Source: Octopus vulgaris
Lineage: Eukaryota
Length of the DNA: 64,000 nucleotides
Direction: 5' to 3'
NCBI GenBank assembly: GCA_951406725.2
Contig: OX597819.1
Span: 14,756,001-14,820,000, forward strand
The position numbers and the translations under genes were made by a program. Positions 39,273 through 53,167 of this stretch are shown here, one piece after another (the stretch's first letter is position 1; each line of letters opens with the position of its first letter). The notes beneath the pieces were generated by a model that was given only the letters and a program-made list of their open reading frames with translations, did not search any database and was not told the origin of the DNA.

Positions 39273-39712
39273 GGCAAAGTCGACCTCGGCGGAATTTGAA
39301 CTCAGAACGTAACGGCAGACGAAATACGGCTGCGCATTTCGCCCGGCGTGCTAACGATTCTGCCAGCTCGCCGAGGGTTCCAGTTGATCTGATCAACGGA
39401 ACAGCCTGCTCGTGAAATTAATGTGCAAGTGGCTGAGCACCCCACAGACACGTGTACCCTTAACGTAGTTCTCGGGGGAATTTCACTGTGACGTGGAGTG
39501 TGACATGTCTGGCCCTTTGAAATACAGGTACAACAGAAACAGGAAGAAAAAGTGAGAGAAAGAGTACAGCAGGGTTTACCAGCACCCAGTGCCGGAGCCT
39601 CGTGGAGCTTTAGGTGTTTTCGCTCAATAAACACTCACAACGCCCGGTCTGGGAATCGAAACCGCAATCCTATGACCGCGAGTCTGCTGCCCTAACTACT
39701 GGGTCATTGCAC
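39095..39712 (-). mobile_element. SINE family C (tail 2) interrupted by SINE-B (39139-39372) with 17-bp TSD
   Basis: GAGGGTYCCAGTTGATC at 39122-39138 and 39373-39389; present once in the uninterrupted element near 12025. Confidence 0.9.
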
Positions 39713-39732
39713 ATATATACATGTGTGTGTGT

Positions 39733-39908
39733 GGTGGAAATTTATAGAAAAACAAAAGACGAAGACGAGTGTATAAACATCAAGCAAGTGTATTAGTTTG
39801 ACGTTCGGGAAAAATGAAACATTCTTTTATGTTTCGAGCCTACGCTCTTCAACAGAAAGGAAAAGAGAGAGAATGAAAAAATGTGTAGAGTTCAGCGGTC
39901 CAACATGG
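39733..39908 (-). mobile_element. Penelope-like pLTR / non-autonomous element with hammerhead motif
   Basis: Minus strand: CTTT-CTGTTGA-A-GAGC-gtag-GCTC-GAAAC-ATA-AAAG; homologous to 46112-46297. Confidence 0.65.
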
Positions 39909-40197
39909 CGCATGTATGTATTTGAATTCAGGAGGTTTAGTGAGAGATTTCTGTAGGAAAACTGACATATTTTAATGGATTTCTTCTCTGATTTTTTATG
40001 TTTGACTCATGTCATAAAACAAAGAAGATAAACTACCTGCTGATTAATAATAAATTAGTAACACATACCTTTGCAATAATTAGCAGATTAGAGTGCCGCC
40101 GCGGACGTGTGGGATTGTTGAAGCATCAGGTAAATTGTCTTTAAGTTCAACGTTTATTCTACCGGGAATCGTTTAAAATAAAGTATCAGAAATATTA

Positions 40198-40533
40198 GCT
40201 TCAAATTTTGGCACAAGGCCAGCAATTTCGGGGGGGGGGGATGAGTCAATTACGTTGCCCCCCCCCCCCCCAGTGTTCAACTGGTACTTATTTTATCGAC
40301 CTCGAAACCATGAAAAGCAAAGTCACCTCACCTTACCGACTTAATAATTATTTCTACTTTAAGCACAATGCTTTGAAAATTTAGGAAGAGGAGGGGGGCT
40401 AATCGATTGCATCGACCCCAGTGCGTAACTGGTACTTATTTCAAAGATCCCCCGAAAGGATGAAAGGCAAAGTCGACCTCGGCGGAATTTGAATTCAGAA
40501 CGGCGTACTAACGATTCTGCCAGCTCGCCGCCT
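40198..40533 (-). mobile_element. Two SINE-B copies (tail-2 type)
   Basis: Core homology to family B. Confidence 0.8.
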
Positions 40534-40544
40534 TCCTCGCCGAC

Positions 40545-40597
<53 letters not shown>

Positions 40598-40604
40598 TAT
40601 GATG

Positions 40605-40672
<68 letters not shown>

Positions 40673-40673
<1 letters not shown>

Positions 40674-41208
40674 GCCCTGATGCAGTACCAGGCAGTGGCT
40701 CTCATGGCTTCTGATCTTAACTGATTGGAAGTGTTATCATGTACAGTGTTTTGTCTTGGTATAAAAGATGGGCTACAGCAAATATTCTGCTCAATACCAC
40801 AGATTTGCTTGTCAGTTGTTTGACCTTAACCAGTTTACCATGTCCCTTGGTGGCTGACGATATGTGCATCTCTGATCACGAGCAGAAGTAGTGGGGGAGC
40901 ATCATAGCCATGTGTTGAGAGGGATTCTTTGGGGTTTGAATAATTCACCTCTGGAAACATGGGTGGTTCTTTCAACATCCTTAAACAACCCTTATTCAGG
41001 GACCTTTTGAGCGGGATGGGCTACTCAACCTGAAGAAAATTCTAACTGGGCCCCACCTGCAAGGTCATGAGATCACCATGTCGCGCACATATGGTTGTGA
41101 TGCATGTGCCTGGTGTACCCTTATCAGACGGGTAGTCATGATGGGTATATTGGGCTTCGTATATTTTACCCCAGTGTCACTTTGATGGCATGAACTGCTC
41201 TCTCACTC
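40673..41208 (+). mobile_element. Non-coding (AAT)n-associated element
   Basis: TGCCCTGATGCAG...CTCTCTCACTC with (AAT)n on both sides. Confidence 0.88.
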
Positions 41209-41454
41209 AATAATAATAATAATTGAGGCCTAGTTAACCGAATATATTCTTTCTCCTAAGATGTGCCGCCTTGTTCCATATAAGAATTTAATAATCAACA
41301 GATGAGAATGGTTTGCTGAAACGGTAGAGTGTCGGACAAAAGAACTCTAAATTTAGAGGGTTTACAGCCCACTGGGGCCGACATTTACCTTTTATCGTTT
41401 AGAGATCGATAAATTAAGCATCAGTTCAATACAGAATTCGATTTAATGATCATG

Positions 41455-41845
41455 CTCTTTACTCTTTACTCTTTTATTTGTTTCAGTCATTTAACTGCGG
41501 CCATGCTGGAGCACTGCCTTTAGTCGAGCAAATCGACCCCGGGACTTATTCTTTGTAAGCCCAGTACTTATTCTATCGGTCTCTTTTGCTGAACCGCTAA
41601 GTGACGGGGACGTAAACACACCAGCATCGGTTGTCAAGCAATGCTAAGGGGACAAACACAGACACACAAACTTATATATATATACATATATACGACAGGC
41701 TTCTTTCAGTTTCCGTCTACCAAATCCACTCACAAGGCATTGGTCGGCCCGGAACTATAGCAGAAGACACTTGCCCAAGATGCCACGCAGTGGGACTCAA
41801 CCCGGAACCATGTGGTTGGTTAGCAAGCTACTTACCACACAGCCA
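41455..41845 (-). mobile_element. SINE family A
   Basis: Homology to family A. Confidence 0.9.
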
Positions 41846-42227
41846 TATATTTATACTCAAAACTCTCTCTCGTCGAGAGCAACGCAAGAGCGCCCACTTG
41901 TTCGACCAACTAAATCTACCTGCTAATTAAATTAATCCACCTGACGAGTTTCTCTGCAGTTTCCCCTCTATCCATTGTCATTTACAAAGGTTAGGTTCAC
42001 TCGAGACTATGCCAAAGACACCCAAGATGCACCAACCTGACAACTTCTTAACCATTGCCCATAAGGACAGCTAAGCCGTGAAGCGGCAGAAATAATCATC
42101 ACCTTCAGACGAATGAATGTACTCTAGATCATGTATTGAGTACATGTATTGAGACTTTTCTCCCGTCTGTACATCCAGACGTATGGGTTTGAACTTTCGC
42201 ATGAGGGTTAACCTAGATAACCTGATG

Positions 42228-42261
<34 letters not shown>

Positions 42262-42417
42262 TGTATGCATGTATGTATGTATGTATGTATGTATGTAATA
42301 TAAATAAAATATATATATAGGCATATATGCATATAGATATATATATATATATATATATATGTACATATATGCATACATATACGTACATACTGACATATAT
42401 ATGTATATATAAGCATA

Positions 42418-42620
42418 TATGGGTCCAGGACGTCACAAAACGTAAAGAACATGAAATACAAAAACATGAAATCTGAAATACGAAAAACAACATGAAATAT
42501 GAAGACAAACTTTTTCTTGCGAACAACGAGAAAAGCAAATGGAAAACAAGGCAAGTAATATAAAGAACGGCCCTTCATCAGTTGTCGGCTGTTTATCTAC
42601 TCCACATTTCGAGCAATATG
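42418..42620. mobile_element. (TA)n-embedded interspersed repeat, Penelope-like terminus
   Basis: Begins TATGGGT.CAGGACG; related to 62319-62472, 62938-63200 and 31390-31450. Confidence 0.55.
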
Positions 42621-42646
42621 TGCCTTCAAGAAAACAGTTGCCCCAC

Positions 42647-42715
<69 letters not shown>

Positions 42716-42724
42716 TATATATCG

Positions 42725-43068
42725 CATAGCACCTTAGACAGGTGTCTTGTACTATAGCCTCGGGCCGACCAAAGCTTTGTGAGTGGATTAGGTAGACGGA
42801 AACTGAAAGAAGCCCGTTATATATATGTGTGTATATATTTATGTGTGTGTGTCTTTGTGTCAGTGTTTGTCCCCCCCCCCCTATCATCGCTTGATGACCG
42901 ATGTTGGTGTGTTTACGTCCCCGTAACTTAGCGGTTCGGCAAAAGATGCCGACAGCATAAGTACTAGGCTTACAAAGAATAAGTCCTGGGGTCGGTTTGC
43001 TCGACTAAAGGGCGGTGCTCCAGCATGGCCCACAGTCAAGTGACTGAAACAAGTGAAAGAGTAAAGAG
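42725..43068 (+). mobile_element. SINE family A, 5'-truncated
   Basis: Homology to family A. Confidence 0.88.
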
Positions 43069-44419
43069 TATATGTATATATGTATGCATGCACACGCACA
43101 CACACACACACACACACATACAGTCATACACACTCACACCACACACACACACACATGAATATGCGTACGTGGGGAATTTAAATGGATATGCAGTGAGCCT
43201 GGTATTTATAAACTTATATTACCCTTCCCCCTACATCTTACTTCAGCAGCCGTCTCCTTATATATATTTCCCCATCCCACAAACACGTTTGTTATTGTTT
43301 TGTTTTTGTCTTGTTTTTTTTTTTTTGGAGAGGGGGGGGAGCACTAGCATGAAAATGGACGCTCTCTTTCTCATAACAAGCTAGACTTCTGCAAAACTTC
43401 TCAGAGCTAGTACTTTATGGAATCATAGACACCCCTGTACAGCTCTTCATTATTCATATCCTTAATAACATATTTCTTAGATATATATTTTGATTTACGT
43501 TTACCGGCCGTACGTAAATCTTTGTGCGTCTGTGTGTGTCTGTATGAAGACGTATTGGTATAGTGCAATTTAAACTTTAAACTGTGCGATAAATAACTAG
43601 TTTTTGGAACTCCATATGTATTTCTGCTAATATTATTACATTTGTTATGAACCGGGACTTGAGGGCTTTACAGAATACATGCAAAAAATAAAGCAAAATA
43701 TGAGAGGTTATCTATAAGCTATTTAGTTACAGCATCTTACGTACGTTTCTTTAACACAAGGTAACTGTTAGTTACATAATGTCAATTACATAATCAAGAA
43801 GTAGCATTAAGTCGTCAGAGACGTAACTTTTACGCATAGCATTACTGGATTGTACAAATGTTGACAGAATCAGCAATAGCGGAAATGGCGTGTGACAATA
43901 TGTGTGTGCGTGTATCTGTATGTGTGCGTACGTGCGTGCGAGTGTGCGCGTGTGTGAGTGTGGAGCAACTAATTCTCTCTTCAAATCGCATCCTTTCCGT
44001 TTAAAAAAATGGAAAATACGTTGGACATCACCCGTAAAAAATTAAGGTGGGATGATCATGGATGGAAAGTACTTGATAATGATTTCCTCGTACATAAAAT
44101 GTTTTTTCATAAGCAGTAATAAGATGATAAATCAATAAATACCATGGAGACTGGTTATTGTGATCACTTTGGGACGAATGAAAAATAAAGGTGAGCGGCT
44201 GATAATTTCCCGAGCGTCTTTAGAGACCTAATTTTGATAATATTATCCGTTATTATATTAAGCTGCTTCCACTAACGTGTGTGCGTGTGTGTGTATGTAT
44301 GAGTGTGTGTGTGTGTGTGTGTACATGTATATATACATATATATGTATATATATTTATATGTGTGTGTGTGAGTGTATGTATATATATATATATACATAT
44401 ATACATATATATATATTTT

Positions 44420-45028
44420 TTTTCTTTACTCTCCACAAGGGGCTAAACAAGGAGGGGGCAAACAAGGACAGACAAAGGGATTGAGTCGATTACATCGACC
44501 CCAGTGCGAAACTGGTACTTTATTTATCGACCCCGAAAGGATGAAAGGCAAAGTCGACCTCGGTGGAATTTGAACTCAGAACGTGACGGCAGACGAAATA
44601 CGGCTACGCATTTCGCCCGGCGTGCTAACGTTTCTGTCATATACATACATAAATAGGCGTAGAAGCGGCTGTGGTAAGTAGCTTGCTTACGAACCACATG
44701 GATCCATTGCGTGGCACCTTGGGCAATTATCTTCTAATATAGCCTCAGGCCGACCAAAGCCTTGTGAGTGGATTATATGTATATGTATATATATGTGTGT
44801 GTTTGTGTGTCTGTGTTTGTACCCCCGCCAACATCGCTTGACAGCAGATGCTGGTGTGTTTGCATCCCCGTAATCTAGCGGTTCGGCAAAAGAGACAGAT
44901 AGAATAAGTACTAGACTTAGACAAAGAATAAGTCCTAGGGTCGATTTGTTCGACTAAAAGCAGTGCTCCAGCATGGCCGCAGTCAAACGACTGAAACCAG
45001 TTAAAGAGTAAAAGAGTAAAAGAGAGTA
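44420..45028. mobile_element. SINE-B (44420-44637 -) head-to-head with SINE-A (44654-45028 +)
   Basis: Homology to families A and B. Confidence 0.88.
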
Positions 45029-45436
45029 AAGCGTATACACACACACACGCATATATCTGTATACACACATACAGACACACAGGGATAGAAGGGATAGAGA
45101 GAGAGAGAGAGAGAATACCTCTTCTTTCCTATTTTCTTCTGTCTTTTCCTTGACCTAAATATATGTTACTCACCCACAGTAACGTATAAAATGTCGCTCA
45201 TTGTATTACTCTGCATTGTACCCGTTCAGCAGGTAACTAGATCTGAGAGTTTGTGTTCAAGCTGAAACAATTGCACTGTACAAGGGTCATGAAAGCCATT
45301 TCAAATACACACACATCAGACTCACCATAGTTTCGTCGTCTGTTTTAAGTCTAAAGACTTTAAATACATACATACATACATACATACATACATACATACA
45401 TACATACATACATACATACATACATACATACATACA

Positions 45437-45624
45437 TACTCTTTTACTTGTTTCAGTCATCTGACTGCGGCCATGGTGGAGCACCGCCTTTAATCGAGCA
45501 ACTCAAGCCCAGTACTTATTCTATCGGTCTCTTTTGCCGAACCGCTAAGTAACGGAGACATAAACACACCAGCATCGGTTGTCAAGCAATGCTAGGGGGA
45601 CAAACACAGACACACAAACACACA

Positions 45625-45679
<55 letters not shown>

Positions 45680-45775
45680 GACGGGCTTCTTTCAGTTTCC
45701 GTCTACCAAATCCACTCACAAGGCTTTGGTCGGCCCGAGGCTATCGTAGAAGACACTTGCCCAAGGTGCCACGCA

Positions 45776-45776
<1 letters not shown>
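45437..45776 (-). mobile_element. SINE family A, truncated
   Basis: Homology to family A. Confidence 0.88.
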
Positions 45777-45831
<55 letters not shown>

Positions 45832-46111
45832 GAAATATGTTACGAAAAGAAAATATAAAATCCACGTGGAAATGTAAGGGTAAAATAGGAAAAATCAACG
45901 AAAATGCATATTGCAGATAGAAAAAGGCTATTTATGACAGGTAGTGACAAATATATACATTTAGATTGACTGAGATAGTAATACGAGTCATAAAGGTCAT
46001 TATTATGAGATGATTATAAGATGATAATAATAATAAAGTAAGAGAACAAAACGAACCAATTGGTTTACGCGAAGGCTATTCATCGTTTGAACAACACCGG
46101 TTATATATATA

Positions 46112-46297
46112 TAGTTGGAATTTATAGAAAAACAAAAGACGAAGACATGTGTATAAACAACAATCAGGTGTATTAGATTGACGCTCGGAAAGGTGAGAAA
46201 GTCTTTTACGTTTCGAGCCTACGCTCTTCATTAGAAAGGAACACGAGGAAATAAACAGAGAGAATAAAAAAAGGCTTTGGGGCTAGCGGTCAATCAT
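46112..46297 (-). mobile_element. Penelope-like pLTR / non-autonomous element with hammerhead motif
   Basis: Minus strand: CTTT-CTAATGA-A-GAGC-gtag-GCTC-GAAAC-GTA-AAAG at 46203-46238. Confidence 0.65.
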
Positions 46298-46722
46298 ATA
46301 TACCCGGCTGTCCAATTCTGGTTCATTTCGTAAGCGTTTTATATACAATCGAGCCTTAAGGAATTTCGTTAACCATTGATGACATGGTTATTAACGGAAT
46401 TTTGCAATTTTAAACCATATTTCAAATATTCTACACCTATACTTACCTACATACATACATACATATATACATACATACTTCCCTACCTATCTATCTATCT
46501 TTTTATCTTTTTTATTTTTTATTTTATTTATTTTATTTTATTTATTTCTTTTTTGTTCTTTTCTTCCCTTTTACGATCCCTCTTGATCGAAAACCTACGC
46601 CACCCCCTTTTTTGTTTTTTTGTTTTTTTCATCCCCCAAAAGAAAAGCTCTACCTTGTAACTTGTCCCATCTGTGTGCAGCCCTGTGTGGCCAATAAAGA
46701 AACTTATCTATCTATCTATCTA

Positions 46723-46767
<45 letters not shown>

Positions 46768-46784
46768 GTCTGTCTATCTATCTA

Positions 46785-46823
<39 letters not shown>

Positions 46824-46856
46824 ATCTATCTATCTATCTATCTATCAATATGTGTA

Positions 46857-47078
46857 AGGCGGTGGGCAGGCAGAAACGTTAGCACGCCAGTAGAAATGCT
46901 TAGCAGTATTTCGTGGTTCTGGTCTATGTTCTGAGTTCAAATTCCGCCGAGGTGGACTTTGCCTTTTATCCTTTCGAGGTCGAAAAATTAAGTAGCTGTT
47001 GCGTACTGGGGATCCATCTAATTGACTGGGCCCCCTCACCTAATATTTCGGGTCTCGTGCCTAGAGCAGAAAAGAATA
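46857..47078 (+). mobile_element. SINE family B (tail-2), full length; another copy at 47908-48126
   Basis: Head, B box, core and tail 2. Confidence 0.85.
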
Positions 47079-47569
47079 TATTAATGTGTGTGTGTGCGCC
47101 CGTGCGGACGGGCGTGTATGCATACACACATAAACAAAAATTATCTAAGAGAAATATAACACAGCGTGGCCATTAGCATATATTTGGACAGTAGATACAG
47201 GTCTATCAAATACCATACAGCATAAATTCTTGATTTATTAAAGCTATCTCTGCCTCTATATGATGCACCATAATTACGAAATGGTAATTAAGACCATAAT
47301 GTCCAGATACGTACAGCGGTGAAATGCAGTGACAAAGCTGGATTTTTAAATTACGTGTACACAAAACGTGTATGTGTCTGTGTATGTAGGTCGGCAGCTG
47401 TGTGTGTACGAGAAAACTTTCAATCGTGTCTGTTTGGGTAAATCTTCTATCGAAACTACCCAGTTATGGGTTTCACCTGTCTCTTAAATTCATGACTTCC
47501 TGTTAGATTCTCCTATCGCGGCGAAGGTTTGCTCGCTCTCGCGTCTCCGCTCTTACCTACGATTCGTTT

Positions 47570-47905
47570 TTTCCCTTTGTCCTTTCCATCACGGCACTAA
47601 GGACCAACAGATGACGCAACTCTTCATTCTTCCCTAAACTTTCCATCCATGACCCATCCACAGGCAAACTAGAGACCACACGCTAAACTTGTACTCAATA
47701 CAGAGATCCTAAAAGCCTCGTCCAATAGAGATATCCCAGGTTCATCTCTTTCAACTGCCACAAAATACAAACGCTTCTGCTATCAAGAAAGCATCATCGC
47801 ACCACACAACCCGACCTATAAACACGAGTAACAGTTAACTAGATCCGTCCAGGTCCTTCCAAATGTTAGACTTCATAATCGCATCTTTAACACCTATGTC
47901 CACAT
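47570..47905 (+). mobile_element. Highly degenerate RTE-like RT remnant
   Basis: TEILK, KRFCYQESII (cf. F.YLGS.I) and RLHNRIFN fragments. Confidence 0.35.
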
Positions 47906-48755
47906 CTAAGGCGGCGAGGTGGCAGGATCGATACTGCGTCAGGAAAAATGCTTTGCAGCATTTATTCCGATATTACATTCTGAGTTCAAATACCACCGAG
48001 TTCGACTTTGCCTTTCGTCCTTTCGGGAACGATAAAATAAAGTACCAGTTGAACATCGGGGTGGACGATGTGATCGGCTTAACCTTCCCCTGAACTAACT
48101 GGCCTTGTGCCAAAATTTGAAACCAAAGACTGATTCTTCTCATTAGACCCAGAAGGTAGTGTAGCTTCCAAGACTGATGATGCTCTTCAGAACTCAGGTG
48201 TGATGCCCACGATGGAGCAGTGCTCCCACACCTGAGACGGAGCTGCTGCTACACACTGAGACATCTTTGACGACATCCGGATAGGGTCACCCTCCAGCCT
48301 GTACTTCTCTGGATCGGGTGGGGGCCATGTCATCTTCACTCTGGCATTTACGATTCACTCGTCTCTCCCTCATTGCCCTTATCTCCACCACAACACTCGC
48401 CCGAGACCCGTACTAATCATTCCTTCCCAGAATATAATCCTTCAGAAAATATCCTCCTGGTTCATGTTTTTGCCTGCAGGGTGGTGAGTGGCAATTATTT
48501 AAAAGGAATGATTTAAAAGGAACATTAATGGCGTTAATCTCACCGACCTCGAGAAGAGTGGCTGCTGCAAGGACCACGGCCACTGACCCTTCTTCCACAA
48601 CAAGCAAAAAAAAAAACAAGAAAGAAAAAAGAAATGAAGAAAAGGGGGATGTTTAACATTGTGTGACGAGTCCACTATTTTGAATTACAGGTGCAAACCC
48701 TTAAGAGGGCCTCCATACAATTTCAACTCCCTAATGTCACTCACAAGGCTTAGAT

Positions 48756-48907
48756 CAGGGGTCTCCAAAGTGGTCGATATCGTCCACTGGGGGTCGATAA
48801 ATGCACATCTACTTAATTTTTTTTTTTCTTGAATATGCTTGGGTGTCGATGTGGCGGTCAAGGATTCCATGAAGGGGTCGATGGTCTAAAAAGTCTGGGG
48901 TCCCCTG
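48756..48907. mobile_element. hAT (Charlie-like) MITE, 152 bp
   Basis: Imperfect TIRs CAGGGGTCTCCAAA / TCTGGGGTCCCCTG; degenerate 8-bp TSD GCTTAGAT / ATTTAGAC. Confidence 0.7.
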
Positions 48908-49012
48908 ATTTAGACCAACAAATCTCGTCTATCGTGTTGGGATCGAACTCGAGAATGTCATTAAGCGAAGGAGGTATTTTAATCATTCATGCTGAGTCCA
49001 TCATATGTATAC

Positions 49013-49050
<38 letters not shown>

Positions 49051-49629
49051 CTCATCCTTACAAATAAGGCATTCATTCAACCCCGTCCATATCCTTCACC
49101 CACCTTCTTATCATCTCCTAGACAACACTCCTTTAAACACCAGCCCCACAACCACCACAACCCCCAACCACCACCACTACCAGTGAAAATCCCCCACCAC
49201 CACCGCCGCCGCCGCCAGACTGTCCAGCAACGGCGTGTGGCAAGCACCTGTCACTATGTAGCGGTGGAGTGAGTGATAGGAAGAGGTGGGAGATAAACAG
49301 AGAGAGAGAGAAGGAGGCAGGGAGAGGGAAGCGAGATAGAGAGAGAGTGTGTGTGTGTGTGTGTGTGCGAAGGAGAGTGAGAGCGAGGTATGACCGGCAG
49401 GTGCATCTTGGCACACGTCAATAACATACTACAAAACACAGGTAAAAACGTTATAAACAACAAAGACAACCACAACCACGCGTGCGTAAACTCATTCACA
49501 CGCACACACGAATATATACACACGTCTACACATATACATACATACGTGTGTGTAAAACAGAGTCTGTGTGTGTTTGTGTGTGCGCGCGTCTATATGTAGT
49601 TTGCTAAATAGGTAGATCAACTATTCATA

Positions 49630-49687
49630 CCCATATACATATGTATGTTTGAGTGTGTGTATGTATGTATGTATGTATACATGTATG

Positions 49688-49719
<32 letters not shown>

Positions 49720-49743
49720 CATATATATATATATTTACATATG

Positions 49744-49776
<33 letters not shown>

Positions 49777-50016
49777 TCACACGCACATACATATATGTCT
49801 GTGTATATAAATAAATGTGTGTATTTATCTATGTATGTGTTACTATCTATGTATATACATATATATATATATGTATATGTATGTATGTATGTATGTATGT
49901 ACATACGTATGTTTGTATATAAATATGTGTGTATTTATGAATGTATGAGTTAATATCTATGTGTATGTATGCATGTATATATATATACATCAATATATAT
50001 ATATATATATATACAT

Positions 50017-50115
<99 letters not shown>

Positions 50116-50140
50116 TATATACATATATATATATATACAT

Positions 50141-50189
<49 letters not shown>

Positions 50190-50220
50190 TACGCATACAC
50201 ACATACATATACATACATAG
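49630..50220. repeat. Compound (TA)n/(TATG)n microsatellite
   Basis: Visible directly. Confidence 0.9.
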
Positions 50221-50615
50221 CAAATATACACACTCTGTCGATACACAGTCACATAAATACCCTACACACACAACGACCATTACTACTACTACTACAGCTA
50301 TACACCTTATACATACATTGTCATCCCAAATTTATCATTGGCTGACGGCGACACACAGACCTGCTCTGTTTATTTCACCCGAAATCCACCCTGTCCCTTC
50401 CCCCCGACCTGTACTACTTACCTTTTTTTTACCTGATTTTCTTTTACCCCAAACCTTTCGATGAGGGCGCCCCCCTCCTCCACCTACCTCCTCCTCAGCT
50501 TTTCTCTTACTCTCTCATCCTCTCTACTCCCACCACCGCCACTATATCTCTTCCTCGCACTACAAGAAAAAACCCTTTAAATGGACCCACGAGGAGAAAG
50601 AGAGAGAAAGAGACC

Positions 50616-50648
<33 letters not shown>

Positions 50649-51025
50649 ACAGAGGTAGAGGGAGAGAGAGTGAGTTTAGGGCTGCCTAGAAATAGCAGCC
50701 AAATATTCATCAGTTCGCAGGCAGTATGATCTTGAAAGACAATAGAGTCCTTTACTTCCTTAACCGACTGGGAGGCCAAAGCAGGAACGTCTTTTGGTTT
50801 CTTTTTTGCTTAAAATGCTTTGATGTCGATGACTAAACTTTTGTGTCCCTGATCCACCTAATCAAGCCTTCTTGTAACTGTGGTGGGGAGGCGATGGAGA
50901 CGGGGGTGGGGGAGGTGGGGAGGTTAGGGTCCCCCCACCCCTCACCGGGAATCAGAGATCAGGGACCGTTCGGATAAAAATAAAACATTCGAGAACGTCA
51001 GAGAAAAATAAACTCTTTGTTCCAC

Positions 51026-51087
51026 CTACTACTACTACTACTACTACTACAACTACTACTACTACTACTACTACTACAACTACTACA

Positions 51088-51133
<46 letters not shown>

Positions 51134-51163
51134 TTTTACTACTACTACTACTATTACTACTAT

Positions 51164-51200
<37 letters not shown>

Positions 51201-51241
51201 GCTGCTGCTGCTACTGCTGCTGCTGCTACTACTACTACTAC
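51026..51241. repeat. (ACT)n/(GCT)n microsatellite
   Basis: Visible directly. Confidence 0.95.
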
Positions 51242-51917
51242 TTGTTCTACCCGGCTCTTCTTTTATCTTCATGGGTTCTTTCGTCTCCCTACGTTCTTCA
51301 CGACTTTATCCCTTTTTGTAACCTTCTTCTTCTTCTTCTTCTTCTTCTTCTTCCTCCTCCTCTTTATCCTCTTCTTTTTCTTTTCGTCTTCGCTATTTTC
51401 CCCTCTCCTCCTCCACCTCCTCCTCCTCCACTTCCCCTATCTTCCTCATTTATTAACTCCTCCACACATCTCCCCTTCTCCTCCACCTCCCCACCCACCA
51501 CCCACCCCCATCACCTTGCCCCCCCACCCCTCACCCACTCCCCAAAAGCAGCCCTAAACTCGTGCCCCGCCACTCGACCAATCAACTACCTCCCCTTATA
51601 CAGGTGGACAAAACCCAGTCACCACCCCCCGCCCCCCACCCACCATCACTCCCCCCCGCCCACGACAAGGTCCTTCCTTCAATGCTAAATATATACAACA
51701 CAACACAACAAAAATACATCAACATAAAAGCAAAAAATATACATATACATGTATGTGTGTGTGTGTGTATGTATGTATGTGTGTGTGTATGCGTGTGTGT
51801 GTGTGTGTGTGTGTGTGAAGCAGTGTTTTATTTGCGACACACCTTTGTGTACGTTTCCAAACCTCTTTCTCTCCACTCTTTGTCCTCCATCTCACCCCCT
51901 CTTTCTCTCTTTCCCTG

Positions 51918-51961
<44 letters not shown>

Positions 51962-52118
51962 CCTCTCCCTCTCACTATCTCCACTTCCCTCTGCCTTTCT
52001 TATGATCTCTCTCTTACCTTGGTCCACCTGCCTGACACCCTGCTACGCCTCACCTACCTGCCTTTCACCGACATCGCCGCTGGCATTATCTCCACCACCG
52101 TCGCCATCACCACCACAT

Positions 52119-52205
<87 letters not shown>

Positions 52206-52234
52206 TAATAATAATAATAATGTTAATAATAATC

Positions 52235-52267
<33 letters not shown>

Positions 52268-52269
<2 letters not shown>

Positions 52270-52528
52270 TTGCCACAGGGCAGCCATTTTGTTGGAGGGG
52301 ATGTGTCGATTATATCGACCCCAGTATTTTACTGGTACTTATATTATCGACCCCGAAAGGGTGAAAGGCAAAATCGACTTCGGCAGAATTTGAACTCAGA
52401 ACGTAACGACGGGCAAAATACCGCTAAGTGTGCTAACGATTCTGCCAGCTCGCCGCCTAATAACAACAACAACAACAACGACGACGACGACGACGACGAC
52501 GACGACAACAACAACAACAACAACAACT

Positions 52529-52588
<60 letters not shown>

Positions 52589-52782
52589 GTGATAATTTTG
52601 GGGGAGAGGGAGTTAATCGATTATATCGATCGCATTGCTTAACTGGTACTTATTTTATCGATCTCGAGAGGATGAAAGGCACGGTCGACCTTGGCCGAAT
52701 ATGAACTAAAAACGTGAAGACGGAAGAAATGCCGCTCAGCATTTTGTCCGGCAGGCACACCATTCTGCCAGTTCGCCGCCTT
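52268..52782 (-). mobile_element. Two SINE-B copies (52268-52458, 52590-52782) among trinucleotide repeats
   Basis: Core homology to family B. Confidence 0.8.
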
Positions 52783-52794
52783 AATAACAGTAAT

Positions 52795-52971
52795 GACGAC
52801 GGCGATTATGATGATGATGATGATGAGGAGGAGGAGGAGGAGGAGGAGGAGGAGGAGGAGGAGGAGGAGGAGGAGAAGGAGGAGGAGGAAGATGAGGAGG
52901 AGGTGGAGGAGGTGGAGAAGGAGGAGGAGGACAATGATGATGACGATGATGATGACGACGGCGACGACGAC

Positions 52972-53006
<35 letters not shown>

Positions 53007-53080
53007 CGACGACGACGATGATGATGATGATGACGATGATGACGATGACGACGACGACGATGACGACGACGACGAAGACA

Positions 53081-53111
<31 letters not shown>

Positions 53112-53167
53112 CGACGACGATGACAACGACGATGACGACGACGTCGATGACGATGATGATGATGATG
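52795..53167. repeat. (GAT)/(GAG)/(GAC) compound trinucleotide repeat
   Basis: Visible directly. Confidence 0.95.
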
